Source of the DNA: Yuukianura sp. NJ FZ-2021
Taxonomy: Eukaryota
Reading direction: 5' to 3'
NCBI GenBank assembly: GCA_046563655.1
Contig: CM102284.1
Span: forward strand, 310,001 to 374,000
Length of the DNA stretch: 64,000 nt
Numbering within the stretch: the first letter of the stretch is position 1; the number at the start of each line of letters is the position of its first letter. Positions 12,601 to 28,771 of the stretch are shown in pieces. A program made the translations under genes and the position numbers. The notes under the pieces are model-generated. The model was not told where the DNA came from and searched no databases. It saw only the letters and a list, made by a program, of their open reading frames with translations.

Positions 12601-15600
12601 TTTTCTCAGTAGTTACTCCCTGCAGAGGAAGAGAGTGAGAACAGACTAACACAAAATCTTAGACAAAAGTACAAAACTGATTGAAAAACTAAAGCCCTGT
12701 ACAAAGAAACTCTAAAAATACATTTTCGAAAACTGTTTTTTGAAAAAGTTAAGTTGGCAGTTGGCCCAGTCACTCATCATGATCTCCCCAAGGATGACTG
12801 CATTTGAACACTGCTCCCCTCTGTCGCTCCCTAGATCGCTTCGATAACAAAAGCGAAAGCGATATTGCGCTGCCAGCGTTTTGTTTAAAAAGCGCTACAC
12901 AAAACGAGAACAATGCAAGAACAAATTTACTTCTGACTTTTCCTGTCACACAAAACAAATTCTAATCAAAAAGCATAACAAAACCGAATTCCAACACAAA
13001 AAATTGTTCAAACTTGTTACACGTTAAAAAAATCTTCTTTTTTTTGGCAATGTCTTTTAAAATTTTGTTTTTTCCGCTAATCTTTCATCTGCAAAGAACC
13101 CGCCAGTTTTTGAGCCCGCCAAAGCCATGTCACACTTGACAACAGCGAGTGAGATACGAAAGGTCAATGATCTAAAAAAAAAATGAACCAAGTGGGCCTC
13201 GAACCCAAATCCATCATTCCGTGAAGATGCTTTCTACCAATTTAGCTATCGCGTTCCATTCTGCCATGTGAGTCCGACATCTAAAACTGTTTTCGACTTC
13301 AGTTTAGTCGACTTGAAATTTGTTAAACAGTAATTACTTAACTTCATAATTACTAAGTAATTAGTAATTCCAGTAATTAGTACTTCAAGTAATTAGTAAG
13401 TATAATTACTTTATAATTACAATTACTTTCGGACATACCTGTGCCACTGCCTGGGGGTTAAGCACTCCGCCCACCGGTCCATCCGGCCCTTGCTCCCACT
13501 TTGAAGCGATTCGCAGCGTCTCAACTGTCTTCTCCTGCACAGATTTGCTCTCATCCAGCAGCGTCAATTCATAAAACTCTTGAATGTCTAAAAAGGTCAA
13601 AGGTCAAACACAAAAATTAAATCCCGCATAAAGTACAAACCGTTTCTGCCTTTTCACTTTACTTTACGACTAAAAAGAGAAAAAGAGCTGTTCAAAAGTC
13701 AACTTAAGTTATTACCCGCTTCAAACATCATAAATTACCCACTTCCATTTACATTCACACAAAAAAAAGAAAATGTGCGCACAACTCTAAAAACTTTTAA
13801 GTTTCGCACACTTAAGCTTTTCTTTTACTTTCTCTTCCGTGTCTTCACTTTCCACTCTCAAAAAATGCCCTCAAATCTTCCTAAAGTGTCAACACTATTA
13901 CACTCTACAAAAAAAAAATTAAGAAACAAAAAATTTCATTTTTTTCCACTTTAAATTTTCAATTTCAAAATTGCTAAATTGCAAAACTTTGAAACTACAC
14001 TTGCAGTTATTTTTTAATAAAACTCTCCTCCCTTGTTCTTTCATAAACTTTTGAACTAAAAAAGAACTAAAACTTTTTTGGACTTTCTAAAAACCTTGCT
14101 TTTTGCTTTTGTTGTTTTAATACAACCTGAGCATTTAGGAAATTCCTCTGACTGAAAGATAAACAAGAGAAAAGAAGAAAGGAGAACGTTGGTCTGAGCA
14201 TCACAATTATTTCAAGTAACAAGGAATGCTAGACTTGTGCTTTTGAAATTTGAAACTTCCCTCCAAATTTAAAACCTCCACAACCACTTTTCCCAGAGGA
14301 GAGCCTGAGCAACACTTTCAAGTTTCAAATCTCCCTCCACTTTTCCCAGACTCCGGAATGGACTTTCTCTCTTATCTTCCTCCCAAATGACTTTCACAGG
14401 AGAAACACAAACTCAAACTAACACAAAAACAAAAATCAACTCCACAAACGAAACCCAAACCCTACCTACAAAAACTTCAGTCAGACTTTCAAAATAGCAA
14501 GAAACCAAATCAAAGTAGCACAAAAGGTCACAAAGTCACAGCAAAGTCACAAAGTCTGACTTTTCCAAAATTCTAGAAAGTCAGAAAGTCGTCTAAACAC
14601 AAAACAAAAACAAAAAATTCAGTAATCCTCTCAATGAATTCAGTCCGTTCTCCAAAACATTCAAAAGCAAAATTTCTCCCGCTCACGACCAAAAAAATCC
14701 AAATTTTCCTAAAATTTTCCAAAAATCAAAATCCCATGATTCCCAAAATTAAAAACTTCAGAGATCCCACTTTGTTATCTACACAGAGCACCGCACTTTT
14801 TTGGTACTGCAGAAATCATTGCTGGAGCTCCAGCAACCATTTTTAAGCTCCAGAAAAATACCATCAGTGTCCCAGAAACCGTCAATTTATGTGTACCATG
14901 AACAGATCAGCGGCAAGTCTCCTAATGACTTCCAGCAAAACCAACCTCCACAATCACAATTTTCAGAGGATTAGTCTCCTCATCGCATTTTCCGAGGATT
15001 ACTCTACCCTCCTTGTTTTCCGTGGATTCCTCTACTCTCCGCATTTTCCGAGGATTCGTCTCGTCCTCGTCTCCTCTCCTTACCTTCATCACTGAAAACG
15101 GAATGATGGTGGAATTGGTGGAAGTGGCTCAAGTTTAGGTGGGGCTCAAGCGGATTCCGGTGGCTCCAAGTCGCCCCACCATCCACCGCTGCCTGAGCAA
15201 GTGCAAGTGCATGGGGACAACAAGAACAAGGCGGCGGCAACGACTGTCTCCTCAGCAGAATCGCTGGAGGTGGGGGCGGAGGTGGGACGTAGTCGTCCAG
15301 AACTTTGGCTGACCTTGACCTCGATGACCTTGACCTCTCTCCCCCAGAAAAACTCTGTCCCCCACTATTTTCACAATGACCTTGACCTCCGACCATCACA
15401 AGGTCACAGAGGGAACTATGTGACGACACACTTTCACATGACCTTCGGCTGACCTGGACACAAGGGCACTGACCCCCAGTCGATCTTCTCTCTTTTCTAC
15501 GACCTTGACCTCTGTCACTGTCACATGACCTTTCGCGTGACCCCTTGGGGTCATTGACCTTCGGTGGTGATTGTGGCAACATCAAAGCCGGTGGCAACAG

Positions 15601-18600
15601 CAGTTCCTTCCGTATCTCCTCACGCACTTTGAGTAGCCAGGCCATTCCGAAAAGTGCCATTTTGAGAGAAGATGGAGCGTACATGTCTCTCTCTGGGTGA
15701 AAGCTAGGCAACTTCACTAAAACTTGACACCTTCACTTCTGTTAGGTTAAGGCAACATTAGGTTACTAGCCTAACATGTTCAGCTCAAGAGTCACTTAAG
15801 TCCCCCTACCGTGTCGGTGTAATTGAAATTCAAAGCTACAATAACATTTTCTCTTCCCAAATTTCACTTTCTCCTCCTTTCAACTTTTTATAAGCCAAAA
15901 AAGTAAAAATTTTGGCGGGAAAAGTAAATTTGACTTTCACCCGCTTTGGCTCCAGTCCAAAGTAAACAATTACGTTGAGGTTTCTCTTTCCTTGTCCCAT
16001 GCCAAGGGCCCCCTTCCAGAAAAAAGAAGTCCAAGGGACATAACCCTTAACTTCCAGGACAACTTTACAAGAAAAAAGTATCACAAACATAATTTATAAG
16101 ATCCAAAATAAATTTTAATCTGCCACAACCCTAGTCCCTTAAATTCCCAACTCCCTCTCTCCACTTTCCTAGAAAAAAATCTAAAACAAAAGCCGCCATT
16201 TCCATTCATTTTTTAAACGTTGACAGTTAACTTCTCCCCTCACAAATTTCACAACAAATGTTCACTTTTCTCCCAATTCAATTTCTCAAGTGAAACTAAA
16301 ATCCCAACTGTACAACTTTTTTCAACAACTTCTTTTCCAAATTTAAGTTCCAAAATTTACAGCATTTCCATTTTTACAAGATTTAAAAAAAAATACTCAC
16401 AGCAATTGTAACAGACAGACAGACAGACGGACAAAGTCATATCAATAGTCGTACTTAGTTAAAATACCGCAAAAATTCCTAACCCAATATTACAACGAAT
16501 TCGGTAACTTCAAAATCTTTTAAAATTGAAATTTCATAAAAACTTCTAGAGAATGATGAAAACTAAAAGTTTTCCATTTTTTTTTGTTTGAAAAATTTAT
16601 TTTCCGTCTGTCACTGATCAATACTTTTGTTCCATAAACAAAAAAAAAAACGGATTTCGAGGAGAAGCTTCATTTTTATCTTTCAGTGACAGACAGAGCG
16701 ACGACTTAAGATTTTCCTTATGCCTCAGTGACAGCTTCTTCCCAAAAGTTACTTCCGCCATTTCAAACTTCCCACCACAAAAACAGCACAAAACTCAGAG
16801 GAAGGTTAAATAATTTTACACCTCAAAAAATCACTTTCTCCAACAACATCCCACTCGACTCCGTTCCAAAAACAAAACTCTCATTCCAAAACCAACAAAA
16901 TTCAAAATTTCACAGAAAAAGTCAAAGAAAAATCTTAAAAAAAAGAAAAGAAGTCAGCATTTGAACAAAAATGCCCAAAATTTAATAAACTCTTGTGACC
17001 TCCAGAAAAAATTGATCGCCATTCCTCTACTTCCGTAAAATCACTTTTCGTTTTTCATCCTACCTTGAAATCACGCACACCAATAGAAAACCTCGTTTGA
17101 AAAATGAAACTTTTTTGAAAACTGCCACCAAAAGTCAAAATGACCACACGTTTCACATTCCAAATTTGAAAATTTGAACGGGAAAATTTGAAATATTACC
17201 CAAATCGATCCATCTCAAATAATAAAAACGCACTGCACAGAAGAGTGTCAAATGGCATATAACTCCTACTTCAAAAAAAAAATTCACTGATTTAAATTCC
17301 TCTCCAAACTCCTTCTCATCTTTCAAAAATTTCTTCTTCATCTTTCAAAAAAATCCCAAATTTCGAAAATTAGGCTTAATGAGTTCATCCTCTTTTCAAA
17401 CCTAAATCCAGAGATGTCACATTTCCAAATCCCAAAAAAAAGTTTCCGCTTCCCTCAATGAAAAATGGAAATGAAGTTTGGAAAGCGAATAATGATGACA
17501 AAGGACTTTGGTTAAAAAAAAAACTGAGCTTTTTTTTTTTGAAAAAAGTGAGTTCATCTCCCGAATCCAGTCATAAAGTCAGTCATCTGAGAAAACTTCC
17601 GTCTTTTTACAAATCCCAAATCCAGCAACCGGATCACGACAAGAATCCAACTTTCATCTTAATTTCCTTCTCTGCGTTTCAAAAAAAAAAAGAAAAGAAT
17701 TGTGTCCAATGTTCATTTTGGCGCTCTTTTTCCTTTTCAAATTGAGCAACAAAAGATAGGCTCACTCAATGAAATCTTTTACTCCCCTCGTTTTCTCTAA
17801 TACTCCGCTCTTTTTATTGCATTCACCGGATAGCAATCACATAAGCTCTTCCCTCACCTCACATAGAAATCCATCTAAAAAATCTGGAGGGAGTAACTAT
17901 TTTCTTTCTTTATTCTACGAAATCTGGAGGGAGTAACTATTTTCTTTCTTTATCCTAAAATCCAGCAAATCCTCTTTCAAAAGTTCCTAAACATTTCCGA
18001 AACTCAACAAAATCTGCTTGGAAAATCTTCAAAAATCTAACCTTACATCAAAAATCTGGTTTAAAAATCTTTCAAAATTCCAAAGAATCTTAAAAGTCTT
18101 CAAAAATTTTCAAAATTTTCTAAACATCCTAACTAAAAGTGTATCGACCGGAACCGCTACCGTGTTTTGTTCTCAGCAACTTATGAGCGATTAGTGAAAA
18201 AAAAAAGTTACACAAAACAGGAAAAAGTGGTGTAAGGAAACAAATAGGAATTTGTGTCTTCCCCCATCCAACTTTCCTTTTCCTGCCAATTTCCTCTGAA
18301 AGTACAAAAGAAAAGAAAGGTTTTGCTCAGATCCACACATGGAATGGACCGATCCATCTTGTTGTCTCTGTCCATCATCAATCTCGAGTTACAGAAAACG
18401 AAAGACTTTGGGACTGCACTGCCGAGATACACAAAAAACAATACATAAACATCACATCTCCTCCAGCACACAAATATTTTCAAACTCTATCCACAATTCC
18501 CAATTGTCTCAAACCGAATTCAATCACTTTCTCCTAAACTCATGCTTTCTCCAATGTAAACATAGTAAAACCTAACAAAAACACAGCACAACCTAACAAA

Positions 18601-21600
18601 TTCATAGCACAACCTAACGTTTTCAGTAATACTTTCTCCATCCCAAAACTCAATCTCGCATCCCAACAAAAGAGAAGCCGAATTCAAAGGGAAAAAGAGA
18701 AAGTTGAAAAGAGAAAGATCCGAATCTCATTTTCTGTCCAACAATAAAGGAACACACAAATCCATAAATTTCCATTTAGTACTTCCAACTGCCCGTTTCA
18801 ACACAAAAATACGCTTTAACAAAGACTTTTCACTTTCAGCACACACACATCACACAGAAAAAAAAAACTAACAGTACAACTTGCTTCGAATTTTACAAAA
18901 CTTCCACCACAAATTCCTGATTTAAAAAGAAAACAAAACTTGTTTTTAGCATCTTCCTGACTTTATTCTTGCAAACTTATTCTTCATTTTTTATTTGTGA
19001 AAACTTCCCTTACCTTTTTCCATTTTTCAAACACAGCAGCTAAAACTTCACTTTAAAAAACTAAATGGAAAAATCTAAAAAATTTCAATCTATTCTCTCT
19101 GATTGGTTATTGCTATTCTTAGAAATTTTTTCAAAAATTAAAAAAAAACGCCCCAGGCGTTCCGACTTGAGTTGCTCAGGAATGTGTGGAAGTGAAAGCA
19201 CAAAAAGTGAAAGCAAAGCCTACCTGATGAGAACCTACTCAAAAGAAACTTATTTCTTCAATTTCGCTCAACTTTATTTCAATTCAAACTTTCTCTCAAT
19301 TTTTCCAAAGAATTTGTTTATAAAATTGGAAAGAGGTTCACTTATTTAAGCTGTACAGGAGAAATTTTTTCAAATTGAAAAAAAAAAGTTGGACAGGGGA
19401 TTGCATGGTTCCTTAGGATTTTGTATTCCACTAAATAAAAAAGGAAGGAAGGAATGGTTTTACTGTTTTAGTGGAAACGTCGTGGAATCCTAATGAGACT
19501 TACGGCTACTTTCTCCTTAGGAAATTCAATTCCATGAAACAACTCCAGAACAAACGACCACTTCCACAAGATTCATTCCACTACAAAACTACTTCAAATC
19601 ACTAACACAAATTTATACACTCACATTTACTTGTCCAACTACTCTAATAACAACCAATCCTCAAATCAAATCACATTCTATAGTCTTCAAACTCTAGTCC
19701 TCGCATCCTAGTCCTCAAACTCTAGTCCTCGGATCCTACTCCTCAAATTCGGACTTCAAACAGAAGTCCTCAATTTCACTCTAGTCTTCAAACTCAATCC
19801 TCGAATTCAGTCATCAAACTCTAGTCCTCAAAAAATTCTAGTCTTCAAAAAATTCTAGTCTGCAAATTCTAGTCCTCAAAATTCTATACTCAAATTCTAT
19901 CCTGGCTGTAAACCTCGTCCTAAAACTCTAGTTTAGCCAAATTCTGAAATTCCAAGTGTAGTCAAATTTTAAGCTTCCAAATTCTAGTTATAAAATTCTA
20001 GTCTTCAAAATCGAGTCCTCAAATTCCTTTCCTGCCAGATTCGACGTTGTTCCTCACGACAAGAGTAAAGTTAGTCCTCGTCGTAATGACCACAATTGAA
20101 AAGTTGGAGAAAGTGAAGGAGGGAAAGTACGCGTCGTAGGATTCAAGTGACTCTTGAGCTTTCTTCACAACCACTCCAATTTCCCACCAAAATCACTCCA
20201 TAACTAAAAATTACCACCAAAATTCAAGGTCAAGTAATAACCGTAAGACTTCAAAATTTAACACAGTAACCAACAAACTTAGGACGAGAACACACCGACA
20301 GGAAGGAACAAACACAAGTGGAGCCGACTTCTCCCAGTCTCCCACACTCACTCAACCTCAGTTCTGCTTCTGCGCTTAACTTTTTCCAGCCTTCCAACTT
20401 GCCTAAAACTTTCACCAACTTTCACTCTCTTTCCAAATCCAAATTCTGTGCTCATCTTCTCAAAGTCTAACTTTCACTAACAAGGAACGGATCCTATCAA
20501 CAACTCTATCAGACACTACAGACGCCCCTTGCATACGCAAAATCCAACTAAACAGATGGACCCAAATTTCAAAATTTCACAAACTTATGCCCAACAGTCT
20601 CTTTTCGAGATTAACTTTCTCTTTTTTCAAAAAAGTCTTTTCTCATCTATCACTTAAAAAAACATTTCTCTTCTCGTGACAAACCTAGCTTTAGCTTGTC
20701 TCCTCTCGTTTCTCTTCTAAAATCACTTTCTCCTAACAAAAAAATTTCAACAAAAGTTTGGAAAGTCTTTTAACATAAAAAAGAATTGTGCACAACACAA
20801 AAAAAAAGAGGGAAGCATGTGGATGTCATGTCTTGTTCGTGAAACAGGTGACACAGGGCATGACATCCAAAGTAACTGAACCTGGAGGCTCCATTTCTCA
20901 ACAAACTCTCTCAAATAACTAAACTTTTTGTTCATCTGTCCACTTTCATACTTTCCGCTTCCGAAAAACACTAATTCCAAGTTGGAATTTCAAAGTTTCA
21001 AAGTTAGCACCAAAATGTAATCTGCTCACAAGGGCACGAACAATTAATTCCTAATTTCTCAACCCACCGTCCTTCAAGCATAAAATTCTTTAATTATTTA
21101 CAACTTAATTCAATTAAAACACAAACTCAAAAGCATCCCTCAACTTTGCTTACTTCAAAAGTCCCGCTTTTCAAGTTTCAAAATCTTCAACTTTTGCTAC
21201 TTGTGTAAATACAGTTTATTTTTAATTTCAAATTCCTTAACTTTACTACTTTTGTAGTTATTTCAAATCTCCTTACCTTCAAATCACAAAGTCTATCACT
21301 TGTGTTACTTGGGTATCGTGAAAATTTAAAATCCGTATTTTTTCAACATCCTTGAATTTCATAGTTCATTTTCAAAACTGAAACCTCTCAACTTTGGCTA
21401 TTTGGGTATAAGCTGAATTTAGAATCTCAAAATGTTCCACTTGTGCTACTCGGGTATCGTCAAATTTAAAATTGGTAACTTTTGCTACCTGGGCACTAAA
21501 AAATTCATTTTTTTTTCATGAAAATTCTGAAAAGTGCACTTACCGAGTAGAGCCTGGAAAAGTCTTGACTTGAAGATGCGAATGACCCTTTCGATGGCGG

Positions 21601-23721
21601 TGCGTAGCTGCTTGTCCTGCGGTCGATTGAGCTTGGAGTGATAGTCCTCCAGCAGTTCCAAGGCCCTGTGTGCCTCTGCAAAACAAAACAACACACATTC
21701 CCGTGTATACTCAGACACAAATATGGACATCAAGTGAGTCACGCATTCAAGTCCCACTTAACTGCGGCGCACAACTCCAATTGAAGTGTTAATCACTACT
21801 AACACTCGACTTCACATCATCCTCAATCCACAACTTCAGTCCCATTCACTTCAACTTCATTTCGCAACTCCCGCATTCTTTATACACTTTTTACACGAGG
21901 CCAAATTCCGCTTTTGATCATAAGCAGATCTCGACGTGATTTGGTCAAATTCTGATCATGTTCAACGTGTCTACCTCTACCACTTATTCGCATGCGAACG
22001 GTACTTTCGTTTCAACCGGCTCAATTTTCCAAATTTCGAAAACAAAAAATGAAAAAAACTCGTTTTGTGTTCAGGCTTTACCTAACGTAAATCTAAATTG
22101 TAGGTTGAAGCCTAACGTGAAATTGTTGATGCAAGGCAGACCCTGCTGAGAAACCCATTAAGTCCACGTGCTACTCCATTGTCTCAGTCTATTCAATAGA
22201 CTATTAAGTCTATAAAGTGCTAGTGTTAGTCTCATGGTCTAAGTCTATAAAGTGTTAGTCTTAGTCTATAGGAAGTGTTAGTCCATCGTCTAAAGTACTA
22301 ATAACTTCTGTGACACTGAACACATTACCCCAACCCTGCTGGTCCAGGAAGAGGAAACGTAGTGTATTCAACCTCTCCTGGTTGCAGGGGTTGCTTACAC
22401 TATCTTTCCTGTAATTAATATTAATAGTTACTCCCTCCAACTACTTTTAAAACGTAAAATTTACGCATGTACAAACTATGCTCACTTTCCAAAACCTAAC
22501 ACCTCGACTCAAATTTCCACACTTTGGGCAGTAGTCGTTAGATTCAAATTAAAAGTGTTTAAATTTTGCTCATTTGCTTTCAGCCTTGAGTGATAATGAC
22601 TAAGAAACTAATAATTTTCAACAAGCAATGAATCATGACCTTCATTTACGCAAACTCTTAAAATTTAATGTTCGTACCGTATTTTCTCATATATAAAACG
22701 CAAGCGTTATCCAAGGAAATGCGGTAAACAAATGCAAAAACGGAATTATATTCCATGACCTCTACTCGCAAACTCTTAAAATTTTATGCGTACTATATGC
22801 CAGAAAATACGGTACACAAATGCAAAAAGGCATTTATTTCTTGTACTTCATGAGAATTAAGTCACCTCACACGCAACACGCAACAAATCATTGGCAGCAA
22901 CTTGCGAACGTTACAAATTAGTCAAACATGCTAAACAACACGTTAAAATTATTGCTGTGAAAAACCGTTTAAAAGTTACGACACAAACAGAAACGTGTTA
23001 AAACGTTATGAAAGTTTAGAGGTTGTCGACAAGTGCTTACAAAAAAAGATATGAGTTGCCACTTCAAATTAAAATTTACGACACTTAAGTCGTGTCCTTT
23101 GAATTTCAACCACATTTCTAAATTGAAATTCAAAAAAGTTTGGGAAACACCCACAAAAAGTACTAAAAAGTCTAAATGTGAAAATTATATGAAAAGGCGG
23201 AGTGTATAGTGTATCAAATTAGAAACTGAGAACGTGAAATGAAGATTGAAGATGCGTTTGTTTGTAGTTTTTTTTTTTGTTTGGACCGGATAGGATATGT
23301 GTAGCACCTAATGATAAATCATGAAGTTAATTAGCTTTTGACAATGTTTAGACCTCAATTGACTGTGACAATGAGTGACTGTGGCAGTGACATGACAGCG
23401 GAAGAACCTCAACGGAAGTCATAACTTTTTCATTTCAAATGATGTAGCTACACAGGAATTCTGAAACGTGGATCCTCTTCCGTTTTGTTTATCATAAAAA
23501 TAACAGACATTTCACATTTCAAAATAAACAGTGTCAGAGTGAATGTACTTCAAAATCCGGATACAAACCGGTACTCCTGTATCGTTATCATCCCTCTGGC
23601 TGTCGCTTCTCATGATGTGATGTTTCGATTAACTAAAAGACTAAAACTAATTCATTTAGATACACAGGATTATTTAGTATGTTAGTAAAATTGATTACTC
23701 ACCCTGTTTCCGAACAGGCAT
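6609..23721 (-). CDS. dlg1: Discs large 1 MAGUK (L27-PDZ1-PDZ2-PDZ3-SH3-HOOK-GUK), multi-exon
   Basis: First exon MPVRKQ (ATG 23721); [16 protein letters not shown]...[10 protein letters not shown] / [11 protein letters not shown] (L27); GLGFSIAGG twice and GLGFNIVGG (PDZ1-3); RALNDFDP...EEWWQ (SH3); GSCVPH and [15 protein letters not shown] (GUK); ends [13 protein letters not shown] at 6609. Confidence 0.97.
13185..13256 (-). mobile_element. Degenerate tRNA-like element in a dlg1 intron
   Basis: Minus strand GAACGCGA-TAGCTAAATTGG (A box)...GGGTTCGAGGCCC (B box)...TTGGTTC, followed by a T run. Confidence 0.65.
19677..20025. repeat. Degenerate minisatellite of (T/C)TCTAGTC(C/T)TCAAA units
   Basis: More than ten imperfect copies of ctagtcctcaaa/ctagtcttcaaa inside the large dlg1 intron. 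Confidence 0.75.
22677..22812. mobile_element. Small Tc2/pogo-like MITE remnant
   Basis: TA-CCGTATTTTCT...AGAAAATACGG-TA inverted ends, same terminus type as 39018-39671. It overlaps a local ~120 bp tandem duplication (22635-22840). Confidence 0.55.
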
Positions 23722-25208
23722 ACCGCCGTCGAGGAGTTGCAGAAGTCCTGTAATCTTGAGTCCGTATTAAAAACCGACGATTAAGGAACGAACAGGGAAT
23801 TCCTGAACCACGACGGGACTCGGGAGTTGGGTATAACGTTAACTCTGTTGCAGTCCAAACAAGAGTTGTTGTTCCTAAACCACTCAAAGTCAGTTGTACT
23901 AAAAAGTACCGTTGAAAAGTGAGTGAAATGTCCACCAAGTAGCTGACGTTCTGAGATCCAAGAGAATGAGGTCAGTGGGTTTAGTTCGGTCGTTAACCTT
24001 TCAGTCCGTGTCGGATATCCGCAGTGCAATGCTGCATTCACATCCACACTCCAACAATCGACGAAAGCAAAACGACAAAAGTAATCGACGAAAGTAAAAC
24101 GTTTATTCCGATGTTCCAAAAATGGACCAATCCCAGTCCAGAATGAGATCCTCTGACTACGCTACTTAGATTGAGACTGTATTGGGCGATGGGTGACACG
24201 ATAACAGCACTAGAGAGAACACAAGAGATGAAAAGTGAGTAATGGTAATTGATACTGGAACAAACAGTGTTGGTTCATGAGATGGTACCTTTTTTCTGCA
24301 ATCTCCTCTGAGTGCTGGTGAAAGTCCTCGGAATATGGAACTTGGCAGTACGAACTATGACTTTCTCCGGAAACTGTCGAAGATGACCGTTTTTTGCAAA
24401 AAAGGAACGAAGATGATCCTCCACTGCAAAATTTCTGCAAAACAGCAGAGAGAAGTAAACGTCAAGAGGAGAGAACAAGAGATTTGTTGTTTTTTTACAA
24501 AGGGAAAATGAAAGTGTAAACAGAATTTGGGGCAAGCCCATTTACGCCTAGATATTTACATTTTCAAACCCGCTCGCATTTCAGCACCTCTGAAATAATT
24601 TACATGTACAACAGTGATTATCCTTATTTTTCATATTGCTTTACATCAGATTATAATTCAACATATTCAACAGGTTTGAAATACTTATACAAAATTTATT
24701 CAATTACATAATTTGTTTAGACAATTTGTGAGATAGATCGGATTGTTTGGATTTTGGAATTCCGCGGTGCTCAATTCAAATGTATCTTGTTGGCGCCATA
24801 TTTGCATGTACTTTTCTTTGTTTTTTCTGTGTTCAGATTATGCATTATATTATAATTTTGTTGCAGTAATATAATTTAATTATAATTATTATAAATTGTA
24901 TGGTGTTTAATTTATTATTATACAACACAGTAGCAGATCTGAATTCCTGTACGGTGCCGAATCTGACCAAGATCTAAAACTAATTACTTTCGCTCCCGTT
25001 ATTCGAGTACAGATTCTCCAAATTCAAATTTTTTGGCGCCTTTTGCTCACCTCATTAGCATAACTGTGTTTTTGAATACACAAAAAACACATGTGAGATG
25101 TGACGAGATTTAAATAAAGTTACGTAAAACTACCGTTAGTTTTTAGAGTTAATTTTTCTCTTTTCACCTCTCGATACTGTTGGATGCATCAGGTAATTGA
25201 CATTTGAC

Positions 25209-26221
25209 ATGTCATCGACCTTTGACACGGAAGGGGAGGCCAAGCCGAGGCCGGAGCAGCATGTTGTGAAAGGTACTGGCGAATTTTTTGTTTGGAAGAA
25301 ACACGACAACGATAAGACGATCGACGAAATCTACTATTGCTTCCGGAACTGGCAACCTCCCGAGGAAGTGTAAGTTAATCAATCATGAAGCATGAAACTT
25401 AATTAGTCGGGAGTTAACTAACCTTAACCTTATTACTAATCTTTTAGATATGTGTACAAGTTCGGAGCGGCTCTTCTTGGTTTGACCAGTACGATGTCCG
25501 CATCTTACGTCAACTACTACTTCCGGGAAACTCTTTTTCTGCTCAACTACACAAGACTGACGAGCTACGGTGTGATGTTCCTTGCTCCCGGTCTCACCGC
25601 AGCAGTACTCCACCACTTCGTGAGCCTTCTAACACCAATTAATCCATTAATTGAGAAACTTAACAAATTAATTGATTTGCAGCTTGTGACCAGACACATT
25701 TTGCTGGAGAGCCCAGCATCAAGGTGTTCCGTGTGCGTTCAAGTCAAAGGGATGGGTGTCCAGGCAATAGCTGCCATGGGATACCCCCTTATTCTTGTGC
25801 CTCTGCTCTGCTACCCGGTAATCAGACAACTCACTATTAATTAATTAGCGTAACCATTTCCTAATTACTAAGCCCTAGGCTAACCTAACCTAAACCTTCA
25901 GCCTTCATGGGACAAACAAATAGCGTTTTTCTTTTTAAGGTTGCTAAGCGACTGAACAACTACAGCATACCTAATTTGACTTTCAACAACAAGGCTTCTA
26001 TTCTCCAGTTCACGAAAGACGTACTGAGGCCGATTCGTGGAAAACTTTGGGCCATCACGGCAGCTCAAATTGTTCTGGCAATGGGCATGACTTTCTACGA
26101 ACAAAACAACTTCACTTTCTCAGTCAAACCCAAACTGGACAAAATGAAAACAATTTTTTCTCCACTTGACCCCCGACCTCATGCCACCAAAAAACCGCCA
26201 AGTACCCGTGATCCAGAATGA
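25209..26221 (+). CDS. TMEM126: TMEM126-family mitochondrial inner-membrane protein, 4 exons
   Basis: ATG 25209; YVNYYFRETLFL, hydrophobic segments and the CSVCVQVKG...GYPLILVP motif typical of TMEM126/DUF1370; GT-AG introns. Confidence 0.8.
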
Positions 26222-26225
26222 ACTT

Positions 26226-26350
26226 TGACCAATAGGAAGGCTCCAAAACGAGCTTTAGCCAATAGGAAGACGCCAAAATAAACATCAGCCAATAGGAAGA
26301 CACTACAATGAAAATCAGCCAATAGCCGGGCTGCAGAACCTTGGCCAATG
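26226..26350 (+). repeat. ~30-bp tandem repeat containing CCAATAGGAAG in the TMEM126 3' region
   Basis: CCAATAG recurs four times at ~30 nt spacing, followed by a fifth degenerate CCAAT. Confidence 0.75.
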
Positions 26351-27278
26351 GGAGAGAAGTTTAGCATTTTCGACCTCGGTAGTTTATTTGATATAAAAAG
26401 TTTAACATTAGGAGTCACTCACACTCTGAGTAAACTAATTGAATTCAACTTTTGTTGATTAATCGATAGTCCGTTATAGCGCACACCGTCACTGGATCAC
26501 TCGATGATTGCAAATCCATTAGTAGAATAAAAGTTACAACTAACAAATAACGAGCTTAGACTGTAGGAGAACGGCCACTTTTAACTAAAATCATGGTTAG
26601 TTTCCAATTCCTTAAAGTTTAATTCTAATTAATTAGTGTAACCAAAAGCCCAATTAACACTATAAAGTACACCCTACAAACATCTCTTCCACTACCTTAC
26701 AATTTCTGGATTATGGATTACTGAAAAGTGGATTACGGATTATAGATTGTGGAGCGAAGTATCCTTGAGACGCATGTTTACAAATCGTCATCCATGCGCC
26801 GAAAAAACTAACCTCCACCTTTTCCCGCTTAATTTTTCAAAATTTTGGAACTATGTTATGCGATTCAACTAATTTTTTTAACTTCCAAAAATCCGTAAAT
26901 CTAAAGTGTGGTGATTGTTATTTTACAGGAGGTGGGTTGGAGCTTTGGATCCTAGTCAGAGCCTTTAAGTGTCCTAGTCCAGAATACTTCCAGCACATCC
27001 AAAATACTTCCGAAGTTTCTGGACAACCAGAATACTTCCGAAGTATCCTACACTTTGATTCTAAAGTCATTGAGCCCCAACCCACAGGAAAGACCATGAA
27101 ACCAATCGTCGCGTCAACGTTTCCTCTTCTCTGCCTGTCAATTTAGTTTATAAAAAAGATGTCAGAATCCGTGTCCACTAAGACGTCGTCAGAGTCAAAA
27201 TTTTGAAGTGTCGTCAGATTTAGTTAATTTGGACTTGTTTGAAGATGGAGAATTGAGGTTCCTAAGAGTGCACGAAGG

Positions 27279-28771
<1,493 letters not shown>

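Noticed and set aside
17458-17745. ORF containing FLKKVSS, reminiscent of the Drosophila DlgA N-terminus
   Set aside because: Wrong strand relative to dlg1 and derived from poly-T/poly-A sequence.
23781-24541. Several 76-112 aa ORFs upstream of dlg1
   Set aside because: Overlapping frames, non-ATG starts and no motifs; probably dlg1 5' UTR.
26226-26350. CRISPR-like array
   Set aside because: Eukaryotic context, an 11-nt core with related spacers and no cas genes; it is a minisatellite.
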